A stretch of 64,000 nucleotides of DNA from Thermoplasmatales archaeon UBA447 (GCA_002503205.1 DARE01000053.1:17305-81304), one strand, 5' to 3'. Shown: positions 10,734-21,175, counted from the first letter of the stretch. Program-made: numbers and translations. The notes: generated by a model from the letters alone, not told the origin.

Positions 10734-10818
10734 GCTGAGGTTGCCGAGCCAGGTTAAAGGCGACAGACTCAAGATCTGTTTCCGAAGGGATCCGCCGGTT
10801 CAAATCCGGCCCTCAGCA
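10734..10818 (+). tRNA. tRNA-Leu(CAA)
   Basis: GCTGAGG/CCTCAGC acceptor stem, ACAGA-CTCAAGA-TCTGT anticodon arm, long variable arm, GGTTCAAATCC T-arm; CCA not encoded. Confidence 0.96.
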
Positions 10819-10898
10819 TATATTCATTTTCAAGTCATTTAGGGAGTAGATCTGGACGGTATTGCTGACTTAATGGCTTTTACGAAGCAATTTGTATT

Positions 10899-12476
10899 TT
10901 AAGGGCTGGGGACCTCAATTATGCAGACTCTTTTCGATTCAAGAGAATTTTTCAGTGCAGCACGGAATTCTTCAGGGTTGGATGCTTTGCAGTAATTCGC
11001 TCCAAAGCTTTCAGCAAGCATTTTGAAATCAGGATTGGTGAATGATATATATTCCGGCTTATAGCCAGAGTCCTCCTGTTTCTGCTTTATAAGGCCATAA
11101 GAACCGTTGTTCAGAACAATAACAGTGAATGCCAGCTGGAGCCTTGATGCTGTTTCAAGTTCCTGTACATTCATCAGGAAGCCACCATCCCCACAGACGG
11201 AAACCACACTTTCATTTGGCCTCAGGAGCTTTGCTGAAACTGCAGCTGGCAAAGACCCTCCCATTGAGGCAAAACCGTTGTAAATTATTGTCCTGTTGGG
11301 GGTAGACGGATGGTACCACCTTGCCACCCAGACTTTGTGAATTCCAACATCTGAAATCAGGGTGCTGTTGGCAGGCAGATCTTCAGTTAATACCTTCATC
11401 AGGCCTCTAGGAACTTTGTGCACTGAATCTGAGCCGTTATTGAGTTCGGCAAGCCTCTTATTCCTAATTTCATCATGGATGGAAGTATCCGTGCGCTTTT
11501 TTACCAGATTTGCCAACCTGGATACAGTGACAGAAATATCACCGACAAGATCTATCTCTACCGGGAAATGTTCATCAGTCTCTGCGGTTGAGGTATGGAT
11601 GTTTATTATCTTTCTCTTCGAGTCAGAATTCCAGGTTATGGGATCATATTCCACCAGATCGAATCCAATCGCTATGACCAGGTCTGATGCATGAAGCGGC
11701 CTCATTCCCGGAGGATAAGGTTTCCCTCCAACAACAAAAAGGTTCCGTGGGTGTTTGAATGGTATAATTCCTTTGGCCATGAATGTTGAAACTGCGGGAA
11801 TGTTGCACGTATCCACAAATCTACTTACCGCATCCCATGCCTTTGATCTGTTCACTCCATTTCCAATAAGCACTATAGGCCTTTCGGAGGCATTAATAAT
11901 ATTCGCAGACTCCTCTATCTGTTTTCCCACAGATTCGTAGACGACCTTTTCCGGAATATAAAGCGGAGAAAGGTTATCGACATTTTCTCTTGCAACATCC
12001 TCCGGCAGTTGAATATGTGAAGCTCCCGGCTGTTCAGATGTGGAAGCCTGAAATGCTTTTCTTATTATCTCCGGTATTGCCTCAGAAACTATCACTGCCG
12101 CATTATACTTCGTAATGCCTGAAAAAAGCTTAAGAGTGTCTATGTTCTGATGGGACTCCTTATGCAGCCTGTCCCTGGAAGCCTGACCTGTAATTGCTAC
12201 AATTGGAACCTTATCGAGGTGCGCATTAGCAACTCCCGTTACGAGGTTTGTCGCACCCGGCCCAAGAGTGGACAGGCAAACTCCGGGCTTTCCCGTCAAC
12301 CTTCCATAAGTGTCAGCCATGAAGGCCGCACCCTGCTCATGCCTGCAAACTATGAATCTTATTCTGGATCTGGATATGGAATCTATCAGATCAATATTTT
12401 CTTCACCTGGAATTCCAAAAATAAACTCAACCCCCTCATTCTCAAGGCACTTAACAAAAAGATCACTAGCCCTCAT
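10899..12476 (-). CDS. ThDP-dependent acetolactate synthase-like enzyme (candidate 2-oxoglutarate decarboxylase)
   Basis: GIPGEEN, RHEQGAAFMA, ESHQ, GDGGFLMN..ELET..NN ThDP motif. Confidence 0.85.
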   Translation of the reverse strand: MRASDLFVKCLENEGVEFIFGIPGEENIDLIDSISRSRIRFIVCRHEQGAAFMADTYGRLTGKPGVCLSTLGPGATNLVTGVANAHLDKVPIVAITGQASRDRLHKESHQNIDTLKLFSGITKYNAAVIVSEAIPEIIRKAFQASTSEQPGASHIQLPEDVARENVDNLSPLYIPEKVVYESVGKQIEESANIINASERPIVLIGNGVNRSKAWDAVSRFVDTCNIPAVSTFMAKGIIPFKHPRNLFVVGGKPYPPGMRPLHASDLVIAIGFDLVEYDPITWNSDSKRKIINIHTSTAETDEHFPVEIDLVGDISVTVSRLANLVKKRTDTSIHDEIRNKRLAELNNGSDSVHKVPRGLMKVLTEDLPANSTLISDVGIHKVWVARWYHPSTPNRTIIYNGFASMGGSLPAAVSAKLLRPNESVVSVCGDGGFLMNVQELETASRLQLAFTVIVLNNGSYGLIKQKQEDSGYKPEYISFTNPDFKMLAESFGANYCKASNPEEFRAALKNSLESKRVCIIEVPSP

Positions 12477-12538
12477 ATCATCACATTGCCATTGCTATAA
12501 AGAATAAAGGTATTGCGGGCTTGAGCTTACCGTTCTGT

Positions 12539-13864
12539 TCACGGATTTTTCTGTGACCAGACAGTTTTAACATTGGTGAACTCAAGCATACCGTATCTTG
12601 AGAGTTCCCTTCCATAGCCGCTCTTCTTGACTCCACCAAAGGGCAGCCTTGGGTCAGAGGCCACAATGTGGTTAACAAAGACCATTCCTGCTTTTATCCC
12701 GGGAATCAGCTTAGCCGCCTCCTCTGGATCTCCCCATATGGATGATCCAAGCCCAAAGGGGGTTTCGTTGGCTATTCTGATGCATTCATCTTCGGTTTTG
12801 AATTTCTTAAGGATAGCTACAGGCCCAAATACCTCTTCAGTATACTTTTCTCTTATCAGAGCAAGCGTTGGAGGAACAATAGCGCCATCATGTTTGCCTA
12901 TCTCATCCACTTTGCCTATTGCTGAAAGTTCTCTGATCTGTTTCCTCACAGTCTCTGCCTGTTCAGCTGAGGAGAGCGGTCCAAGAAATGTAGAGTCAGA
13001 AAGCTGATCCCCAACCTTTACCCTGCTGAACTCCTCATGCATCGCATCATAGAATTGATCAAATACGTCCTCATGGATCAGGAACCGCTTGGAGGCAATA
13101 CAGCTCTGCCCGTTGTTCTGAAGCCTTCCAAATGCTGCATTTTTTGCTGTTTTCTCAATATCTGCGCTCTTGAGGACAATAAATGGATCAGATCCTCCAA
13201 GCTCAAGAACTGCTTTCTTAAGATTTTTGCCTGCCTCCTGTGCAATCTGGGAGCCTGCCCCGGTGGAACCTGTAAAAGAAACCCCGTCTGAATATTTGAT
13301 TGCGTCAAGAGCTGATGATCCTTTTGCAACTATTGTTCTGAACAGTTCAGTTCCAGCTATCTCCTCAATTTTCCTGGCAGTTCCAGTTACAATAGAGGCA
13401 TGCTTAAGCACTATTCCATTTCCAGCAGTCATGGCAGGTATGGCCGCCCTCATAGCCTGCCATAGGGGGTAGTTCCATGGCATGATGAGAAATACCGTTC
13501 CCAGAGGTTCGAACCTTACGTAACTTCTGTCGGCTTCTGTCCGAACTGGTTCCTCTTCAAGAAATTTTCTGGCATTTTCAACTGCATAATCTATAAGTGT
13601 GATCGTCTTCTTGATTTCCGCCCTTGACTGTGTAACTGATTTTCCCATCTCAGATGACATAAGCTTTGCCAGTTCTTCGAGGTTCCTTTCAAGTGATGGT
13701 TTCAGGCTTTTCTTCATGTAGTTTATTCTTTCGTCAAGGTCCTTTCCCCAGTCTTTCTGGGCTTCAGAAACGGAATTGAACTTTACCCTTATCTGTTCAG
13801 GTGAATCCTCCTCGAACTCTGCTAATTTTTTCCCGGAATAGGGATTTACTGTTCTTACTGTCAT
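12539..13864 (-). CDS. NAD(P)-dependent succinate-semialdehyde dehydrogenase-like ALDH
   Basis: IMPWNYP, LELGGSDPF, NNGQSCIA, EEVFGP, SDPRLPFGGVKKSGYGRELS. Confidence 0.85.
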   Translation of the reverse strand: MTVRTVNPYSGKKLAEFEEDSPEQIRVKFNSVSEAQKDWGKDLDERINYMKKSLKPSLERNLEELAKLMSSEMGKSVTQSRAEIKKTITLIDYAVENARKFLEEEPVRTEADRSYVRFEPLGTVFLIMPWNYPLWQAMRAAIPAMTAGNGIVLKHASIVTGTARKIEEIAGTELFRTIVAKGSSALDAIKYSDGVSFTGSTGAGSQIAQEAGKNLKKAVLELGGSDPFIVLKSADIEKTAKNAAFGRLQNNGQSCIASKRFLIHEDVFDQFYDAMHEEFSRVKVGDQLSDSTFLGPLSSAEQAETVRKQIRELSAIGKVDEIGKHDGAIVPPTLALIREKYTEEVFGPVAILKKFKTEDECIRIANETPFGLGSSIWGDPEEAAKLIPGIKAGMVFVNHIVASDPRLPFGGVKKSGYGRELSRYGMLEFTNVKTVWSQKNP

Positions 13865-13923
13865 ATATTCATATTGGCATATGAGATAAAGATGTTTTGA
13901 ATTTTACCGGTGAAAGGGATAAA

Positions 13924-15072
13924 TCAGTTTTCCCTCTTCACCAGCAGCTTCCTGTAGCCATACATTATGTCACTGTCGAGCCTGTCATCTGGAGACGGTT
14001 TTACGGCCCTCAGGTCACTGTATTTTTCAGTTACTGCTTCAAGGACAATTTTAGCCTCCAAACGGGCCAGAGGTGCTCCCAGACAGAAATGCACACCTTC
14101 TCCGAAGGCGATGTGCCTGTTCTCCTTCCTATCCGGGATGAAATTTTCAGGATCAGTGAATATATCTTCATCCCTGTTCGCAGATCCAAGGAATACACTT
14201 ACAAAATCCCCTTTGCTTATCTCGGTGCCACCAATATTATAATTTTCTTTTGCCACTCTTCTCGTGGATTGTACAGGAGATCTATATCTCAATGACTCCT
14301 CAACCGCACTCTGAATAAGAGATGGTTTTTCTTTGAGCATCTGGTATGATCCAGAATACTCCGACAAAGTGAGTATAGAATTTCCTATTAGATTGGTTGT
14401 TGTCTCATTTCCAGCAGCAAGCAGGAGTATTGAGAATCCAGTAATTTCCTGTCTGGTCAGCCTCTCTCCGTCAACTTCTGACTCAATTAAGAGGCTTATC
14501 AGATCATCACCAAGATTCCTTCTCCTTTCATCAATGAGCTTTCCAAAATATTCTGACATCTCCTTCTGCAGAGCCAGATCTACTCCCATTCTTCCTAGAT
14601 CCATGGCAAGTTTGTCGGACCACTCTTTGAACTTAGGCATTTGATCCTCTGGAACACCAAGTATCCTGGAAATGACGAGTACAGGAAGAGGATATGATAG
14701 TGAAGTCACCAGGTCAAATTGAGTATTCTTTTCCTGTTCAAGAAGTGTCTCTGCTATCTTTCTTATCTCTCCGTCGTAACTCTGTATCCTCTTAGGGGTA
14801 AAGGCCCGGTTCACAAGATTCCTCATCTTGGTGTGCTTTGGGGGGTCAAGTATAAGAATGCTGGGTGCCGCCATCAAGTTCAATTGTGCCGCAACCTCCC
14901 TGTCCATAAAGTCCCTGAACTGCGATGAGAATACCCTGAAATTTCCAAGTATCTCTTTGCAGTCATCGTACTTGAATACAAGGACTGTTTTTCCATCCTT
15001 TACCACTGGAGAGTGGTTTCTCATATTTCTGTACCATTCAAATGGCTCATCTCGAAATCCAGGAATTTGCAT
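13924..15072 (-). CDS. Cytochrome P450
   Basis: AGNETT I-helix, EESLR (ExxR), FGEGVHFCLGA heme-cysteine motif; ATG 15072 preferred as start. Confidence 0.96.
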   Translation of the reverse strand: MQIPGFRDEPFEWYRNMRNHSPVVKDGKTVLVFKYDDCKEILGNFRVFSSQFRDFMDREVAAQLNLMAAPSILILDPPKHTKMRNLVNRAFTPKRIQSYDGEIRKIAETLLEQEKNTQFDLVTSLSYPLPVLVISRILGVPEDQMPKFKEWSDKLAMDLGRMGVDLALQKEMSEYFGKLIDERRRNLGDDLISLLIESEVDGERLTRQEITGFSILLLAAGNETTTNLIGNSILTLSEYSGSYQMLKEKPSLIQSAVEESLRYRSPVQSTRRVAKENYNIGGTEISKGDFVSVFLGSANRDEDIFTDPENFIPDRKENRHIAFGEGVHFCLGAPLARLEAKIVLEAVTEKYSDLRAVKPSPDDRLDSDIMYGYRKLLVKREN

Positions 15073-15168
15073 GATTTTAAAGTACAACGGGATATTTAAT
15101 AAAATGCAGTAAGGGCGTCATGGCTCCGGCCATCCCTTCCTTTAAAATGGAAGTTACTATCACCGGGT

Positions 15169-16350
15169 GTGAGGAATGTACTCTACATTTCGTCATATTC
15201 TATGCTCAGGGGTCTTGGCTTTTCTACCCTTTATGTGTACAGTGCTGTTTATATAACTTCAGTCCTCGGCGGGTCATTCCTTTTTGATGGCATAATATTT
15301 GCTGCTGGTGGGTCTCTTGCAGCTCTTGGCCAGTATTTCGGTGGCTCACTGTCTGACAGGATCGGATACAGTATTACGATAAAACTGTCACTGTCCATCT
15401 CTTTTCTTGTTATGGTCCTGCTCAGTTTTGATCCAGCAGCCAGCAGCAATCTCTACTCTTTTTCGGCATCTTTCATGGGGTTGCTCATTGCCAACTCACT
15501 TCAATCCCCATCTTCCAATGCCATGCTTTCATCATCTACGGATGCAAAATTAAAGGGATTCTCCATTCTCAGGGTAGCCAACAATCTTGGCTGGGGGGTA
15601 GGCCCTGCCATTGGGGGTTTCCTCATAAGTTTCGGAAAGTTTCATTCTCTCTTCTTATACGCTATGATTCTGATAGGGGCAAGCCTTGCAGTCTCACTTC
15701 TGCTCTCAGATCCAGAGAAAAAACCCCTAATAAAGTCCGGTTTCAGAACCGACAACCGTTTGCTTATACTCCTATCTCTGGCCTCTATGATGGTATTTAT
15801 CGTTCAGTCACAGGAGACCGTCACTCTTTCGAATTTTGTCAAAATAATACGGGACTTCCCATATTATTATCTCGGAATAATATATATGACTAACGGGCTC
15901 TTTGTCATAATATCTCAGGCACCTGTCTACAGGCTGATAAAAAGGATTGGAAATTACTATTCATTTGGCCTAGGCTCTATCATATATTCGATAGGTTTCT
16001 TCTCATACGCGGCAGATCCATCACTTTTCTGGATGGTAGTATCAACAATAGTTCTGACTGTAGGGGAGGATTTTGCGTTCCCTACTGGCCTTACAATAGT
16101 TTCTGAGATTTCAAGGCCAGAGAAGATCGGAAAGAATATGGGAATATACAACTCATTTCTGCAATTTGGGAGGGCCACCGGCCCCATAATATCCGGTATT
16201 GCTTTTACTGTAACACTCAATCCATATCTTTTGTGGTCAATAACTTCCGTTTGGGGAATTGCAGGGGCAATTCTGTTCTTTGTTGTATTCAGGAAAGGCA
16301 TACAAAATCCTTTTTTGCAGTCCAATCCCGAGATTAATGCAGGAAAGTAA
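15169..16350 (+). CDS. MFS transporter
   Basis: GSLSDRIG motif A; about 12 TM segments. Confidence 0.85.
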   Translation: MRNVLYISSYSMLRGLGFSTLYVYSAVYITSVLGGSFLFDGIIFAAGGSLAALGQYFGGSLSDRIGYSITIKLSLSISFLVMVLLSFDPAASSNLYSFSASFMGLLIANSLQSPSSNAMLSSSTDAKLKGFSILRVANNLGWGVGPAIGGFLISFGKFHSLFLYAMILIGASLAVSLLLSDPEKKPLIKSGFRTDNRLLILLSLASMMVFIVQSQETVTLSNFVKIIRDFPYYYLGIIYMTNGLFVIISQAPVYRLIKRIGNYYSFGLGSIIYSIGFFSYAADPSLFWMVVSTIVLTVGEDFAFPTGLTIVSEISRPEKIGKNMGIYNSFLQFGRATGPIISGIAFTVTLNPYLLWSITSVWGIAGAILFFVVFRKGIQNPFLQSNPEINAGK

Positions 16351-16501
16351 TTTAGTAAAGAGGAAATGTTTTCAACTCCATGAACATGGTCATTTGGCCA
16401 TTATGGGTTGCAAGAATATCCAGCCATCAAACGAAAGGCTATGGCAGTGAATAAAGCCCATTTTGGCAAAGTCTTTCCTCACTTTAGGAGGTATACTGGC
16501 A

Positions 16502-16795
16502 ATGGCAGTTCCATTAGCAAGATTCCTTGGAAAATACACATACCGGGAGAACAAGGGATGGAAGCTCAGCCGAGACATCTGGCTTGACATTTCAAGCATG
16601 GAAGATCTGAGGAGAGTAAAACAAATTGCAGAGAGGGATGGTTCGGAGATACAGTTTTTTATGAGGAGGAACCCAAGGGTACTGAAGACCAGGCAGGATG
16701 GGCCGAGAACCTGGGTGGAAGAGGTGCTTGATGAGGTAAGTGAAGGGTTTGTAATTGCTGAAATTTCATCGGGGAATTCTTCAGTTGAAAGTTAA
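16502..16795 (+). CDS. Hypothetical protein (97 aa)
   Basis: SD AGGAGGT upstream of ATG 16502; no recognised motif. Confidence 0.6.
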   Translation: MAVPLARFLGKYTYRENKGWKLSRDIWLDISSMEDLRRVKQIAERDGSEIQFFMRRNPRVLKTRQDGPRTWVEEVLDEVSEGFVIAEISSGNSSVES

Positions 16796-16804
16796 TTATA
16801 CTCA

Positions 16805-17734
16805 TCAATGAATGTTCAGGAAGCCTGTAAACCAATCCTGCGCAAGAGAAATTCCACTGTTCATTTTATTTTCTTTCCTGGACTTGATTTCATTGGCTGA
16901 TATCTTCTCAGGTATCTTAGAATCAATAACTGGAATTCCAAGCTGGATGAGCCTTTCAACCTTTTCCGGTGTAAAAAATGGTTTTTTAACCTCCCTGTTC
17001 TTTCTCACTTCAATCTGATATATCAAAGTCTTAAGGAGCCTGGAATCCTCAAAGTCCTGGTATCTGGGATCTGCCTGAAGTTCAGAGAATGAACCCTTCA
17101 GCTTATCTATTAGTGTTGAAACCTCCAGATCTTCATTCAGTCTCAGTGACTCTGGTGTGAACAGATATCTGACCTTTGAATATCTTGCGGAAGTATTTTC
17201 AAGGAAAAGGAAAATGCAAATTTTTCCAGGCAAAAACTGAAATTCCTTTCGAAGTATTTCTGAGTTTATTGTCATCGAGCCTTCTACGTTCCCCATCAGG
17301 TGTTCTGGCATGAAGTCATCTGGAATCATTGCACTGTTCTTGAGGAAAAAGAGTGCATCTTCCATCTTCACAGGCGCATTATCCCTTTTCTGCTGTTCTC
17401 TCACGTAAAGGAAGATTATAAGGTTCATCAGATTTTTCACTGTGATCATCTGTGGAAGCTCTGCCTTCACAACGGGGGAATCTTTGATCTGGCCTTTCAA
17501 AATTTTGTGTTTTATCGAGCCTATCTCCTCCTCTTCCATGGACAGATCATGGTTCTTGGAAACAAAATCCAGTAAAAATTCGATAGTTACTCCGGAATTG
17601 TAAGAAATGATCTCAGAATCCCATGGAACCACCCAGTATTCCTCACCCTGAAGTGATTTGAATTTCTCCCTGTAACTTTTCAGGCTTGCAGTATTGCTTA
17701 AATACCATTGAATTGAATCATATTGAGTGTCCAT
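16805..17734 (-). CDS. Hypothetical protein (309 aa)
   Basis: Long ORF with TTTTATAT box upstream (leaderless spacing); no recognised family. Confidence 0.7.
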   Translation of the reverse strand: MDTQYDSIQWYLSNTASLKSYREKFKSLQGEEYWVVPWDSEIISYNSGVTIEFLLDFVSKNHDLSMEEEEIGSIKHKILKGQIKDSPVVKAELPQMITVKNLMNLIIFLYVREQQKRDNAPVKMEDALFFLKNSAMIPDDFMPEHLMGNVEGSMTINSEILRKEFQFLPGKICIFLFLENTSARYSKVRYLFTPESLRLNEDLEVSTLIDKLKGSFSELQADPRYQDFEDSRLLKTLIYQIEVRKNREVKKPFFTPEKVERLIQLGIPVIDSKIPEKISANEIKSRKENKMNSGISLAQDWFTGFLNIH

Positions 17735-17942
17735 GCTTATGATAGCAGTGCAGAATATAAAATGGTTTTATGGCTCAAATGCAATCCTGAAAGAAGAATA
17801 TTCAACCATATACTGGACATATGCAGAGAACGAGTTTAGAAAATTCTGGCCAATTCCTGGTCATCGTCCTAAGATTTTCAATGAGACAATGTAAATGATT
17901 GCCTACCTACTGAATAAGATTATATAGCGGCATTAAGTTAAG

Positions 17943-18560
17943 TTGATAGGTATTGACATGGTAGGGGAACGTTTCAATTATTATATGAAATTAATTATGA
18001 ACTCTCCCCTTGCTGATCTGGCCCTCCTCAGCGAGCAGTTTGAAAACGATGGTTCAATATCTGAGGCAGAGGCACAGGAGCTTGAGAGGTTGGTGGAAAA
18101 ACACCTCCTAATGGGAAACAGGGACAAAGTGAGGGTCGTAAACAGCAAGACTGGAAGTGAGGAATTTCCCAGGAGATACCACATTGATGATTTCGGAAAC
18201 AGTTCAACATTCCTTGGAACAGAATCATACTTCGGGATCACGTGGATGGTGTATTCTCCAAAGCCCAATTTTCTGAATTCTCCTACAAAAAAATGGTACT
18301 ATAACGAGAAGATCAGCGATATACTTAGCGAACTGCTTATTGATGTTGTGCCAGGCAAATTCAAGGATTATTTTCACTTCCCTCCCTGGATAATGGGGAC
18401 AGTATATGCACCGGGAACTGTATTTATGCCAACCAACGAAATAATCTCCCTGGCTGTGACACGGTCGGTGATCCCTGACTGGGATTACCTTGTCTCAAAG
18501 GGAATACCAAAACAGCTTGTGGATCTGATAAGGACAGAAAATACGGGCCCTCCTCATTGA
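17943..18560 (+). CDS. Hypothetical protein (about 200 aa)
   Basis: Long ORF, TTATATA box near 17920; true start uncertain (ATG 17958 possible). Confidence 0.65.
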   Translation: MIGIDMVGERFNYYMKLIMNSPLADLALLSEQFENDGSISEAEAQELERLVEKHLLMGNRDKVRVVNSKTGSEEFPRRYHIDDFGNSSTFLGTESYFGITWMVYSPKPNFLNSPTKKWYYNEKISDILSELLIDVVPGKFKDYFHFPPWIMGTVYAPGTVFMPTNEIISLAVTRSVIPDWDYLVSKGIPKQLVDLIRTENTGPPH

Positions 18561-18623
18561 TCCATTTTTATTTGATTAATAATTCAGCTTATAAGGGAAA
18601 AATGATGGATTCACCAGAGTGAA

Positions 18624-19445
18624 TCATCCGCCGTGTTTGAAGGCAGGATAAAGAAGCATTCCTCCGTCCACGACTAGAGTTGTTCCAGTTATATAGGACG
18701 CCATGTCACTTACCAGGAATGTGACTGCCTCTGCTATGTCTTTTGTCTCACCCATTCTTGGCATTGCGATTTTTGTGAGCAGGTCCCTGTAAGTGTCTGG
18801 GTTTCCCCAGACATCTTTGTTTATAGGAGTTTTGATGGCTCCAGGGGCTACAGATACTACTCTTATCCCAGATTCAGAAACCTCCTGTGCAAGGGTCTTT
18901 GTAAACATGGAAAGGCCTGCTTTGGCACTGCAATATGCAGTATATCCAGACCACGGAAGAAACTCATGAACAGAAGTTATGTTTATGATTACGCCGTGAC
19001 CATTTTTCTTCATCCTTTTCACTGCTTCTCTTGAACAGTAGTAGGGGCCCATGAGATTTATCCCAATAACCCTGACCCAATCTTCTGGATTGTCTTCGCC
19101 GCAAAGCTGGCGTTTGCCGTCAATTCCGGCATTATTCACTAAAATATCCAAAGGGCCCAGTTTTTCATCAATGCTCTGAAATATGTTCTGAACGTCTGAT
19201 TGGCTGGAAACATCCCCGCCAAAAACTGCAGCTTTCCCGCCATTGCTATTTATTTCGGCAGCAACCTGTTCTGCCTGTTGCTTTTCTGAATGGTAATGTA
19301 TTGCTACCGACGCACCGGTTCTTGCAAGATACTTGGCAATCTCCATCCCCAGTCCAGAGCTGGAGCCTGTAACCAGTGCTGTTTTTCCTTTCAGATTTAT
19401 GTTGACTCCAGTGCCGTAAGACACCTTATTCTTTTCGTCAGCCAT
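18624..19445 (-). CDS. SDR glucose 1-dehydrogenase-like
   Basis: TGSSSGLG, NNAG, SVHE..PW, YCSAK, PGAIKTPIN, DGGMLLYP. Confidence 0.85.
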   Translation of the reverse strand: MADEKNKVSYGTGVNINLKGKTALVTGSSSGLGMEIAKYLARTGASVAIHYHSEKQQAEQVAAEINSNGGKAAVFGGDVSSQSDVQNIFQSIDEKLGPLDILVNNAGIDGKRQLCGEDNPEDWVRVIGINLMGPYYCSREAVKRMKKNGHGVIINITSVHEFLPWSGYTAYCSAKAGLSMFTKTLAQEVSESGIRVVSVAPGAIKTPINKDVWGNPDTYRDLLTKIAMPRMGETKDIAEAVTFLVSDMASYITGTTLVVDGGMLLYPAFKHGG

Positions 19446-19649
19446 GAAAATCTATGGCACCATTCAAGATAAGTTTACCTCATGCTCCAGCACATTCTCG
19501 AACATCGTTCAAAATCAGAATACATGATTAACTCAAATCTAATCACGGAATACGGAGAATAGAGTGTGGTTGAATTGCTCAAAAAATGGCATTCACAAAA
19601 TGGAATTATGGTTATGATATTGTTTTATATCTTGATCTGATGTGTAATT

Positions 19650-20534
19650 ATGAGATATGAGGGAATTATAACTCCAATGATAACACCATTCAAAAAAAAT
19701 GGTGAAATAGACCTAGAGGCCACTGATCTTCTAATTGAAAAGATAAAGGGATACGGAAGCAGCGGCCTATTTCCATTAGGAAGTACTGGATTGTTTTCTT
19801 TTCTTCAGAAGGAGGAGAGAGACCGGTTCCTAAGGTACGTAATAGACAACGCTCATGGGCTTCCTGTTCTGGCTGGAGTTGGTTCATCATCTACACAGGA
19901 GGCTATCAGCTATGGAAAGAAGGCCATGGATTTCGGTGCAACCGCTCTTGTCCTTATGCCTACGTATTACATAACACCAGGTCAGGAGGAGATCAAGGAT
20001 CATTATTCTAGATTTTTTGAATCAATCAGTGGAGACACATTTGTTTATAACATCCCCCAGCTCACTCAGGCCTGGATACAGCCTGAAACTGCCGGATCTT
20101 TAATGTCACAGCATTCTCAGATAATAGGGTTGAAGGAAAGTTCCGGTGACATGAGATATTTCTCAAAGCTTATGGCCCTCAAGGAGGGAGATTTCTCAAT
20201 ATTCCAGGGGCAGGACGATCTCCTGGTACCTTCAATGAGCCTTGGTGCAAGTGGTGGAGTATGTGGACTTACAAACTTCTCAGATGCAGTTGTAAGGGCT
20301 TACAGGGCATATAAAGATGGGTCTTATGAGAAGGCCATGGAAATTCAGCTGACTGAGGTGAATCCGATCATACATGCTCTCCAGAAGGCAACATTTCCGT
20401 CCCTGTATTATGACATGTTCTACAGGGTAAATGAAATAGAGGGCGGTTTCAGGACTCCCATGGTCAGGCCATCAAGAGATCTCTCTGAATTTGCTGAAAG
20501 GACAATTTCCCACGTGTCCTCTGAGAAAATATAA
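19650..20534 (+). CDS. DHDPS/NAL-family aldolase (KDG aldolase-like)
   Basis: GSTG, YNIP, GLKES Schiff-base lysine. Confidence 0.8.
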   Translation: MRYEGIITPMITPFKKNGEIDLEATDLLIEKIKGYGSSGLFPLGSTGLFSFLQKEERDRFLRYVIDNAHGLPVLAGVGSSSTQEAISYGKKAMDFGATALVLMPTYYITPGQEEIKDHYSRFFESISGDTFVYNIPQLTQAWIQPETAGSLMSQHSQIIGLKESSGDMRYFSKLMALKEGDFSIFQGQDDLLVPSMSLGASGGVCGLTNFSDAVVRAYRAYKDGSYEKAMEIQLTEVNPIIHALQKATFPSLYYDMFYRVNEIEGGFRTPMVRPSRDLSEFAERTISHVSSEKI

Positions 20535-20581
20535 ATAGGCTCTTGCCCTTAGGAAATGCCTTAAGTGAAGGAGGTTCCAAA

Positions 20582-20950
20582 ATGGATAAAAACAGTTATG
20601 TGAAATTTGAGACTCCCGAATCAGTAGAAAAGAAATTGTTGGATCTCGTAGAGAATTCTTTCAGAAGCGGAAAGATAAAGAAGGGGACCAATGAAGTAAT
20701 AAAGTCTATTGAGAGAGGAGAGAGCAAGATAGTTGTAATAGCAGAGGACGTGTCCCCACCAGAAGTTGTGTATTATCTCCCAACACTGTGTGATGACAGA
20801 AAAGTTCCCTATGCATATGTAAAGAAGAAGAGTGACCTTGGTGCCAAGGTCGGCATTGGTTCTGCTGCATCCATATCAGTTGTGGATTATGGCAAAAGTG
20901 AAGAGATTTACAAACAGATAATCTCTGAACTTTCGGAAGTAAAGAAATAA
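20582..20950 (+). CDS. rpl7ae: 50S ribosomal protein L7Ae
   Basis: KKGTNEVIKSIERG, IAEDVSPPE; SD GGAGG before ATG 20582. Confidence 0.97.
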   Translation: MDKNSYVKFETPESVEKKLLDLVENSFRSGKIKKGTNEVIKSIERGESKIVVIAEDVSPPEVVYYLPTLCDDRKVPYAYVKKKSDLGAKVGIGSAASISVVDYGKSEEIYKQIISELSEVKK

Positions 20951-20960
20951 GGTGTGACTG

Positions 20961-21170
20961 ATGGCTGAAGAAGCGACTCCCGCAGAAGTTGTAGAGCTTA
21001 TGGGGAGAACCGGCATGAGTGGAGAGGCAACTACCGTGAAGGTAAGAGTGCTCTCAGGTAGGGACCAGGGAAGGATTATCGCCAGAAACGTAATGGGCCC
21101 GGTAAGGGTAGGCGATATTCTGATGCTCAGAGAAACAGCAAGAGAGGCAAGAAAACTTTCGATAAGGTGA
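20961..21170 (+). CDS. rps28e: 30S ribosomal protein S28e
   Basis: [27 protein letters not shown]. Confidence 0.97.
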   Translation: MAEEATPAEVVELMGRTGMSGEATTVKVRVLSGRDQGRIIARNVMGPVRVGDILMLRETAREARKLSIR

Positions 21171-21175
21171 GTTAA

